Below the pieces are notes generated by a model that saw only the letters and a program-made list of their open reading frames with translations, had not been told where the DNA came from and made no database searches. Shown here piece after piece: positions 1 through 6,732 of a stretch of 32,000 bases of DNA. Positions within the stretch are counted from its first letter, which is position 1, and each line of letters opens with the position of its first letter. The translations under genes were made by a program, and so were the position numbers. Source of the stretch: Gemmata obscuriglobus (GTDB taxonomy: Bacteria > Planctomycetota > Planctomycetia > Gemmatales > Gemmataceae); the NCBI RefSeq assembly GCF_008065095.1, contig NZ_CP042911.1, forward strand, positions 1,560,001 to 1,592,000. The letters run 5' to 3'.

Positions 1-1
1 C

Positions 2-646
2 AACGGCCGCCTCGCCACCGTCATCAGCACCATGCCGATCGAGGACCTGATCGGCGTGACCGACACGCAGCTCACCCTCGCCGCGGTCGCCGGCGGCCCG
101 ATCCTCGGGCTCCCGGAGTCGTCCTTCCGCGCCGACGACGTGCGGCTGATCGACGAGCGCAACGAGCGGGTGCGCCGCAAGCTGCTCGGGGCCGGCCCGG
201 CCGACGACCTCCGCGCCAAGGCCCTGGAGGAGTACGGCATCCAGGTGATCGACGTCCGGGTGCGCCGGTTCAGCTACCCGAACGACGTGCGGGCCAGCAT
301 CGCCGAGCGCATCCGCTCCGAGCGCGCCAAGAAGGTCGCCGAGTACGAGAGCGAGGGCCGCAAGCGGGCCGCGGACATCACCACCGACGCCGACCGCGCG
401 GCCCGCATCGTGGAGGCCGACGCGCGGGCGCAGAAGACCGTGATCGAGGGCCAGGCCGCCGCCGACGCCGCCCGCATCCGCGCCGCCGCCTACGCCCAGG
501 ACCGCGAGTTCTACCTGTTCCTCGAACAGTTGAAGTCGTTCCAGGCGATGCTGGCCGAGACCCGCGACACGCTGCTGCTGACCACCAAGCACCCGCTGCT
601 GCGGATCATCCAGGGGCCGCCGACCGCCCCGCCCCCGCCGAAGTAA
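2..646 (+). CDS. hflC: SPFH/band-7 protease-modulator HflC-like protein, 5' end cut by the window edge
   Basis: The frame is open from nt 2, with no stop before the listed ATG at 32. The translation ...YGIQVIDVRVRRFSYPNDVRASIAERIRSERAKKVAEYESEGRKRAADI...DREFYLFLEQLKSFQAML... has the layout of the C-terminal half of HflC/band-7 proteins. The stop is TAA at 644-646. Confidence 0.85.
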   Translation, partial: NGRLATVISTMPIEDLIGVTDTQLTLAAVAGGPILGLPESSFRADDVRLIDERNERVRRKLLGAGPADDLRAKALEEYGIQVIDVRVRRFSYPNDVRASIAERIRSERAKKVAEYESEGRKRAADITTDADRAARIVEADARAQKTVIEGQAAADAARIRAAAYAQDREFYLFLEQLKSFQAMLAETRDTLLLTTKHPLLRIIQGPPTAPPPPK

Positions 647-701
647 CGGCCCCGCGCCGACCACGGTCTCATTCACGATCCGGCTGGTTATGTCTATTTC
701 T

Positions 702-767
702 TGTGGCACAGACATTCCTGTCTGTGCAGCGCGAGAAGGCCGCACAGGCAGGAATGTCTGTGCCACA
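702..767. repeat. Long inverted repeat (26-nt arms, 14-nt loop) in the hflC-hflK spacer
   Basis: Read directly: tgtggcacagacattcctgTctgtgc (702-727), loop agcgcgagaaggcc (728-741), gcacagGcaggaatgtctgtgccaca (742-767). The arms have one mismatch. Confidence 0.8.
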
Positions 768-833
768 AAGACGCCAACAACCGGAACCTGAATCAGGAAC
801 GACGCCCGTTTCGCGCCACACGCCAGGAATGCC

Positions 834-1772
834 ATGTTCCGCGCTCGCAACGTCTTCCTCGTCGCGCTGGCCGCGTACCTGCTGACGGGCGTGTACCAGG
901 TCGCCCCGGAGGAGCGCGCCGTGGTGCGCCGGTTCGGCGCCATCGTGTCGCACCCCGGGCCGGGGCTCGGCTTCGGGCTCCCGTGGGGCGTGGACCGCGT
1001 GGACCGCGTGCCCGTGCGCACCGTGCGGCAGCTCAAGCTCGGCTACGACCCCGAGACCGCCGCCGACGCCGCCGCCCCCGCCGGCCAGTTGCTCACCGGC
1101 GACCAGAACCTCGTCAACGTGCAGCTCGTGGTCGATTACGCGGTGGGCGAGACCGACCGGGACCTCGACGACTACGTGATCCAGCGCGCCGCCGTGGACC
1201 CGGCGCTGGCGCAAGCGGCCGAGGCCGCCGCCGCCGAGTGGGTGGCCGGCCGGACCGTCGATCAGGTGCTGCTGACCGGCCCCGGGGCGCTGCCGGCGTG
1301 GGTCATGGAGCGGCTCGCGGAACGGCTCCCGGACCTGCGGCTCGGGGTCCGGGTGCAGCGGGTGAGCGTGGCCCAGATCGCCCCGCCGGACGAGGTGCGG
1401 GCGGCGTTCGAGGCGGTCGCGCAGGCGCAGGCGGGCATCCGCACCAAGGAGTTCCAAGCCCAGCAGGAGCGCGAGCAGCGGCGGCAGCAGGCGGACGCGC
1501 TCCGCTACCGGCTCGGCCAGGAGGCGACCGAGTACCGCGAGTCGCAGTTGCGCCAGGCCGGCGCCGACGCCGACGATTTCCTGGCCCAGCTCGCGGCGTA
1601 CCGCGACGTGCGCAGCACCAACCCGGACGCGCTGGCGTTCCTGTGGTGGGACGAGATGCGCCGCACGATGCTCGCGCTGCGGGCGCGCGGCGGCACGGTG
1701 CGCCCGCTCGACCACCACCTCCAGAACGGCGAACTGAACCTGACCGAAGTCGTCCCGCTCCCGAAGCGCTGA
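834..1772 (+). CDS. hflK: SPFH/band-7 protein, HflK-like, with an N-terminal membrane anchor
   Basis: ATG at 834. An N-terminal TM helix (VFLVALAAYLLTGVY) is followed by QVAPEERAVVRRFG...PGLGFGLPWGVDRV...LLTGDQNLVNVQLVVDYAV, the typical HflK/SPFH core. A Gln/Arg/Glu-rich coiled C-terminus follows. The stop is TGA at 1770-1772. Confidence 0.8.
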   Translation: MFRARNVFLVALAAYLLTGVYQVAPEERAVVRRFGAIVSHPGPGLGFGLPWGVDRVDRVPVRTVRQLKLGYDPETAADAAAPAGQLLTGDQNLVNVQLVVDYAVGETDRDLDDYVIQRAAVDPALAQAAEAAAAEWVAGRTVDQVLLTGPGALPAWVMERLAERLPDLRLGVRVQRVSVAQIAPPDEVRAAFEAVAQAQAGIRTKEFQAQQEREQRRQQADALRYRLGQEATEYRESQLRQAGADADDFLAQLAAYRDVRSTNPDALAFLWWDEMRRTMLALRARGGTVRPLDHHLQNGELNLTEVVPLPKR

Positions 1773-1783
1773 TCGCCGTTCCC

Positions 1784-1808
1784 GCGCGGCACTTCCGGAA
1801 GTCCGCGC
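1784..1808 (+). terminator. Weak hairpin just downstream of the hflK-like stop
   Basis: gcgcgg-c-actt/ccgg/aagt-ccgcgc forms a 6+4 bp stem with one bulged C, about 12 nt after the TGA. There is no T-tract, so the assignment is only tentative. Confidence 0.3.
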
Positions 1809-2063
1809 CGCGCCCGGGAGGCCCACCGGCGCCGATTCCCGCTCGCGGGGCGAAACCGCCTCCGGGAACCAATTTCGCCGCAAACCTCTTGTCGTAAACA
1901 TTTTGCGGAATGTCATTCGGTGCGGCCCTCCGTTCATTGTGATGCCCTGTGCGGGTTTTGCGGGCGCGATTCGGTGGTAGCGGTGCCCCAGCGAATCGCC
2001 CGCTCGTGACCCGTCCGCCGGCAGCGAATGTCTACTCCGTGCCCCATCGAGTACCGGCGGGGT

Positions 2064-2153
2064 GGCGGTGTAACCCTCGTTACAGCCGCCGTTCGCCTCC
2101 GCCGCGCCCGCGTGTTCCGGCACCGCCGGCGGGCACGGCGGAGGCGAACGGCG
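2064..2153. repeat. Two overlapping strong hairpins in a 557-bp non-coding gap
   Basis: Hairpin 1 is ggcggtgtaac/cctc/gttaca(g)ccgcc (2064-2090). Hairpin 2 has perfect 17-nt arms, cgccgttcgcctccgcc (2087-2103) and ggcggaggcgaacggcg (2137-2153), around a 33-nt GC-rich loop. The two hairpins share nt 2087-2090. No protein-like translation covers 1773-2329. Confidence 0.7.
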
Positions 2154-2329
2154 CGAGCCGCCCACGATACCCGGTGCCGGACGGGCGGCTCACACCCGGC
2201 CGGCGGAGCGGAGCCCCCCATTAGACTGATGGCACGGCGGCCACGCGCGGCGCACGGCTCGGCCGGCGCGCCCGCGGGACGGGTCGGTCCGGACGCGGCG
2301 CTGGTTCCGGGCGGCGCTACCACCACCAG

Positions 2330-2644
2330 TTGAGCGACACCACCAAGGCGTGGCGGTCCATTCCGCTCTTCCAGTACCTGACGTTCGACGAGTTCTACGC
2401 CCACCTCCCCCACGATTGCCGATTGATCGGAGTCGAGTTCCCGCACGAGAAAGCTGTGTCGCTGCCGAAGTTCACGCATCCCGAGCGCTGCGTTTACCTG
2501 CTTGGTGCTGAGGACTACGGCCTGTCGAAGCAGGCTCTCGAAAGGTGCCATCGGGTCGTCTACGCCCCGAGTCAGCGGTGCCTGAATGTGGCTGTTGCCG
2601 GGAGCCTGATCATGTGCGACCGCATGGCGAAAGCCGCCGCGTGA
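2330..2644 (+). pseudogene. 5'-truncated SpoU/TrmH-family (SPOUT) RNA methyltransferase fragment
   Basis: There is a TTG at 2330, and the frame is closed by an in-frame TAG at 2222. The translation ...CVYLLGAEDYGLSKQALERCHRVVYAPSQRCLNVAVAGSLIMCDR corresponds to SPOUT knot motifs 2 and 3. The ~70-aa N-terminal part with motif 1 is not found in any upstream frame. G+C is visibly lower here than in the flanks. Confidence 0.5.
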
Positions 2645-2877
2645 CGTTCGCAGTGATTCGCTTCCTTGACTGTTGCGGCTGCCAGAAGGACGTCCCGGCG
2701 CGACTCACCGACGGATGCGAAGTCTATACTCACCGTCCCGATCTGCACGGGCTGCCGGTCTGGAAGTGCGATACGTGCGGCAATTGCGTCGCCTATAACC
2801 ACAAGACTCAGGACCGGACCCGACCGCTCGGCAACATGCCGACGACGCTGTTGAAAGTTGATTCTGCCAGGGCTAGA
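2641..2877 (+). pseudogene. Zinc-ribbon ORF (DUF3268-like as far as I recall), apparently 3'-truncated
   Basis: The GTG at 2641 overlaps the upstream stop (GTGA). The translation CCGCQKDVPARLTDGCEVYTHRPDLHGLPVWKCDTCGNCVAYNHKTQDRTRPLG has a CxxC...Y.HRPDL...W.C..C...V..H...PLG layout. The similarity fades near 2850. The frame then runs antisense through the ECF gene with no stop until 3990. Confidence 0.35.
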
Positions 2878-4689
2878 TCAGGGTTTCCCCTTCCGCTCGG
2901 AGTCGGCGATCAGTCGCGGCAGGTCGTCTGGACCGACCCGGCCGCCCTGCGGAAAGTGGAAGCCGTACTTCGCCTGCGGCTTGTCCTGACGCGTGATGCC
3001 TGTGCCCGCCGCCAGTTCGACGCTCAACTCGTCCTCCTTCGGCGGCTCCAGGTCACACTTCGTTACCTCCTTCACGTTTACGAGGAACTTCCCCTGCGCG
3101 GGAGGAAACCGAATGGTCCGGACCTTCGTCGGGAGCCACCGGTCGCCCGGGTGCGCCCGCACCTCGAGTACGTCCGTCCGCACGAACTCCTCTTCCTTCC
3201 CGCTCACGTCCCCGAACACCTGAACGCGGAGCGGCAGGTGGCCTCGACGGGGATCGAGGTGGAACACGGTACGGAAGCCGTTCGGGGTGACGAACGAGAC
3301 GGGCACGCACGCGGCCCCGTTCACGTCGGCCGGCAAGCCGGCCGACCACGCACTCCCGTTCCGGTCGGTAGCCGCCAGCAGGTCGTGCGGGTTGCACTCG
3401 GGGTTGCGGAACCCGAGGACGTGAAGCGGCGTACTCCGCGGCGTACTGCTGCCGAGTCGGTCTCCGGCCCCGCCCTCGAACAGGGACGCGTGCTTGTCCC
3501 GGGGGCAGTAGTACAGGTTCTCGGCACCGTTCCCCAGGTACCGGTAAGTGAGCGGGGCCCGACCCCACGCCAGGTCCGGGTTGTCCTTGTCCGGTACCAG
3601 CCCGTTCGGGTCGAACGGCGGGTCGTCGTAGTCCACCTTCAGCAGCCACCGCGGGCCGTCCAGGATGAAGTCGCCGGTGACCGCCTTGTCCATTTTCTTC
3701 CACCGCAGCCCGGCGGCATCCTCGAACGTCTTGGGCGCCTCGGCGGCCCCGTACTGGGTGTACTGGAGGCGAACCCGGTCGAGGCGGTCCCAGTGCCGCT
3801 GGTACTCCCGGATGGCGGCCCGCGCCGCCACCTTCGGGTCAGGGCCGCCGCCGCCCGCCGCCGCCTTCGAGTCGGGCGACCGTGCGACCGGCGGGGCCTG
3901 GGGTGGGCTTGCAGCCCGAACGATCAGCCCAACACAGGCCACGACCACGAGCCCCGCTACCACGACCCACGCCGCTGTCTTGAGCCGTAACATGCGCACC
4001 ACTCCTTCTGCGAGGGAAGACACTTTGTTCGGTATGGCTCCGGTTGCCCCGGCCGCGATCCGCGAGACCGCCGTTCGCACCGCGACCGCCTCGGCCACTG
4101 CTGGGACGGCTCCCGTCGCCGCGGCCACGAGAAGCACCCGCGGGTCGGCTCCGGTCCGCGCCCGGAGCCGTGCCAGCGCCCGGGACAGCCTCGCAGACAA
4201 GGTGCCGACCGGGCACCCGATCCGCTCCGCCGCCTCCTGTTCGGTCCGCCCCTCCAGGTAGCACAACACGACGGCGACCCGGTACTTCTCCGGCAGACCC
4301 AAAAGCAGCCCGTCCAGGTCGACCGGGGCGGGAGAAGGAGGGCGCGGGAGGTCGGTCGGGAGGGGGCGGACGCGGGCCAGCCTCCGGGCGTTCCGGCGGC
4401 GCACCCCGCGGGCAGTCAGGACGGCCACCCGGTGCAGCCACGGGCCGAGCAGGGCCGGCGCCTGGCGCCCTCGACGAACCAGGACCAGGAACGCCGCCTG
4501 AAACGCGTCCTCGGCGTCGGCCGGGTCGGGCAGGAGCCGGTGACAGGCCCCCCAGACGACCGGGCCGTGACGGCGGACGACCTCGGCGAACGCCCGCTCG
4601 TCGTGGTCGGAGAGGAACGCGCCCAGCAGGGCGTCGTCGGACCGCGGGTCGGGTGACCGGTGCCGGATCCAGGTGAGGAGCGATTCCAT
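2878..4689 (-). CDS. ECF (group IV) sigma-70 factor fused through one TM helix to a ~330-aa extracytoplasmic domain of unknown fold
   Basis: I take the start at ATG 4689 (MESLLTWIRHRS...). Region 2 reads DAEDAFQAAFLVLVRR. Region 4 reads LPEKYRVAVVLCYLEGRTEQEAAERIGCPVGTLSARLSRALARLR. The TM helix is TAAWVVVAGLVVVACVGLIV. The C-terminal domain is non-repetitive (...YQRHWDRLDRVRLQYTQY...). The stop is at 2878-2880. Confidence 0.85.
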   Translation of the reverse strand: MESLLTWIRHRSPDPRSDDALLGAFLSDHDERAFAEVVRRHGPVVWGACHRLLPDPADAEDAFQAAFLVLVRRGRQAPALLGPWLHRVAVLTARGVRRRNARRLARVRPLPTDLPRPPSPAPVDLDGLLLGLPEKYRVAVVLCYLEGRTEQEAAERIGCPVGTLSARLSRALARLRARTGADPRVLLVAAATGAVPAVAEAVAVRTAVSRIAAGATGAIPNKVSSLAEGVVRMLRLKTAAWVVVAGLVVVACVGLIVRAASPPQAPPVARSPDSKAAAGGGGPDPKVAARAAIREYQRHWDRLDRVRLQYTQYGAAEAPKTFEDAAGLRWKKMDKAVTGDFILDGPRWLLKVDYDDPPFDPNGLVPDKDNPDLAWGRAPLTYRYLGNGAENLYYCPRDKHASLFEGGAGDRLGSSTPRSTPLHVLGFRNPECNPHDLLAATDRNGSAWSAGLPADVNGAACVPVSFVTPNGFRTVFHLDPRRGHLPLRVQVFGDVSGKEEEFVRTDVLEVRAHPGDRWLPTKVRTIRFPPAQGKFLVNVKEVTKCDLEPPKEDELSVELAAGTGITRQDKPQAKYGFHFPQGGRVGPDDLPRLIADSERKGKP

Positions 4690-5036
4690 ACCCCTATTCT
4701 GCCCACTGGTGGCGGATTCCCTGCATGAATCCGGGTACTCCTCATCAATTCTGCCCCGGCGAGCAGCCCGCTTGCGTTCGGCTCGCTTGGGGGTAATCCA
4801 CCGATTCGACATTACGAAGTGATTGGGGCGTCCGATGCCGTCAACATCTGCACGTACCGCTCCCGAGCCGCCTCCTGCCGGCCCATCGCGTCCCGCAACC
4901 GCCTCTGGTGGTCGGGGTTCGTCGGGTCGCGCAGCAGGCACACCTCGCGGACGTGTTCCTCCGCCATCTCGTATTCCTGCTCCGCAACGGCTTCGCGGTT
5001 GTGCTCGTGGGTGAAGACTTCGAAGACCGTACTTGT

Positions 5037-5240
5037 TTAGCGCCCCGGTAGTAGCGCGGGGCGAGGCAGGAGCCGGTTGCCGAACCATCGCAACGTTTGG
5101 CTGAGGTGATCCACGACCGAGAGTGCTTGGCGTCGGCATGTCTCGAACACGGACATCAACACGCCCTGTGCCTTCGCGCCTGCGGACGTGCGGTTCCCGC
5201 CCCACACCTCGCGGTTCACCACCGCCGTGCGGATCGGCAC
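5037..5240 (-). pseudogene. C-terminal relic of an IS66-like transposase
   Basis: The translation PIRTAVVNREVWGGNRTSAGAKAQGVLMSVFETCRRQALSVVDHLSQTL resembles the conserved tail of IS66-type transposases (..R.AV..RK...G..s..GA......S...TC..Q.......L). No upstream DDE core is visible in any frame, and I saw no terminal inverted repeats. Confidence 0.45.
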
Positions 5241-5438
5241 CGGGGAAGCGTCCCTCCCGGCGGCCCGTTTCGAACGTGGCGTCCGGAGCGAGCCGGCGGG
5301 CGGTTCGGACCCGATCCCGGTGCGCCCGCGTTGCGGGTGCGCGCGGGGCGAGTGACGGCCCGGGCGCGTCGGGCGCCCCGACGTTCCGTTACCGCCGCCC
5401 GCGCTCGCCCCCGCGCGTGGCCCGAGCGTTCTCGGGGA

Positions 5439-6398
5439 TCACCTCGGGACGCCGAACCGCATCCGGACTTCGTACAGGTGTACCCATCCGTCCTCGAAAC
5501 CGACGGCCAGCGCCGTGCCACTGGCGGCGCAGCACAGCACGGTCGGGGCGGCGGCACCGCCCAGCGCCTTCACGTGGCGGCGCCCCGTCGCCACGTTGGT
5601 GAAGCGAAGCGACTGCCCCCGCACCTCGGCGTAGTGCGGCGTGCCGCCCAGGAACTGGCTCGCTCGGCTGAAGTCGTCCGGCAGCGCCGTGCGCTGGTCG
5701 GGCGCGGCGACCGAACGCAGGTGACTGCGGTTGTCCTCGGCCGTTACCATGACGCCCGTTCTCGACAGGCCCAGAACGGTGACGAATCGGACCCCGCGGG
5801 TCGCAAAGTCGAGGTCATGCTGCCGGAAGCGGCCGGCGGCGGCGCGCACGTACCTCCACCGGTCGGGCTGAACCGAGAAGAGGAAGGCGTCGCGGTCGGG
5901 GGCGAACACCAGCTGCTCGAACGCGGGGATTTTGAGGTCCGTGGTCGCGGCCCCGAAGTGGGTGCCGTCCCAGGGCAGCAGGGCTTTGTGCTCCTCCTCG
6001 TCCATTGCCGCGATCAGATACTTGCCGGAGGGGAGCCAGTCCAGCCGCCGGACCGTGTTCTTCATCGGCTTCGTGGCGACCGGCTTGAGGGTCTCCGTCC
6101 CGAGGACCGCGAGGCGATTGGCGGAGCCGGCGAGGGCCAACTGCGTGCCGTCCGGGGCCATCGAAGCGGCGGTTGCGTCGAGCGTGTGCTTGGTCGTCAG
6201 GTTCACGAAGCCGTGCCGATCGAACAAGATGAGGTTATAGTTCTCATCCGCCGCGCACCCCCGACCGCCGTCGGCGGCGAGCGAGACGGTGGCAACGGGG
6301 GCGTAGCGGGAGATGCGGTACTCCTGTAGCAAGCGCACGTCGCTGATCTCGGTGTTCAAACAGCTCAGGACGGCAAGCACTGGGACGAGTGGGTGCAT
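5439..6398 (-). CDS. Secreted WD40-like / beta-propeller repeat protein
   Basis: I take the start at ATG 6398, which is preceded by GGAGG (revcomp of cctcc at 6406-6410). The signal-peptide-like N-terminus is MHPLVPVLAVLSCLN. Blade-like motifs include SMAPDGTQLALAGSANRLAVLG and AASGTALAVGFEDGWVHLYEV. The 82-aa upstream extension in the ORF track is Arg/Gly-rich and not protein-like. Confidence 0.65.
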   Translation of the reverse strand: MHPLVPVLAVLSCLNTEISDVRLLQEYRISRYAPVATVSLAADGGRGCAADENYNLILFDRHGFVNLTTKHTLDATAASMAPDGTQLALAGSANRLAVLGTETLKPVATKPMKNTVRRLDWLPSGKYLIAAMDEEEHKALLPWDGTHFGAATTDLKIPAFEQLVFAPDRDAFLFSVQPDRWRYVRAAAGRFRQHDLDFATRGVRFVTVLGLSRTGVMVTAEDNRSHLRSVAAPDQRTALPDDFSRASQFLGGTPHYAEVRGQSLRFTNVATGRRHVKALGGAAAPTVLCCAASGTALAVGFEDGWVHLYEVRMRFGVPR

Positions 6399-6732
6399 CC
6401 GACGACCTCCGCAGCGATCAGGGACCCGCAACGCGGGGGGGGCGCAACGCCGCCCCTCCGCAGCTTCGGGGTTCGCACGGACCCATAAGTTACTGAAGAC
6501 TGGCCCCCGCGACCGGTCACCTCCCTTGCCGCCGTCGCGGCATCTCGCAAAAGCCCTGGTTTCCGAGCCGTTGAGCCCGTGAACGGTTCCGTCGGCCGGC
6601 CGGGCGCGGCCGTTGAGCGTGTGGCGCAAAGAGGTTACGGCCACGGCCCCGCTGCCCGCCCGCGCCCCGGCCTCGTGCGGATGGGTGTGCTAAGATTCAC
6701 GGGAACCCGTGTCTCCTGGGTCAACCCGATAA

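Noticed and set aside
669-2165. A 498-aa minus ORF and a 398-aa plus ORF over the hflK-like gene and the downstream gap.
   Set aside because: These are Arg/Pro/Gly-rich shadow frames. The 834-1772 frame has the SPFH core.
2281-2335. A tRNA/tmRNA-like 3' end (…ggttccgggcggcgctaccaccacca).
   Set aside because: I could not pair a 5-bp T-stem around the GGTTCC loop or build an acceptor stem. There is no tRNA-like fold.
4690-5205. The 172-aa N-terminal extension of the ECF sigma ORF, as listed in the track (start 5205).
   Set aside because: The extension is Arg/Gly/Pro-rich and overlaps the transposase relic. Sigma region 2 begins shortly after the internal ATG at 4689 (MESLLTWIRHRS).
6399-6644. 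The 82-aa upstream extension of the WD40-like ORF.
   Set aside because: It is not protein-like. The internal ATG at 6398 has a GGAGG upstream and is followed directly by a signal peptide.
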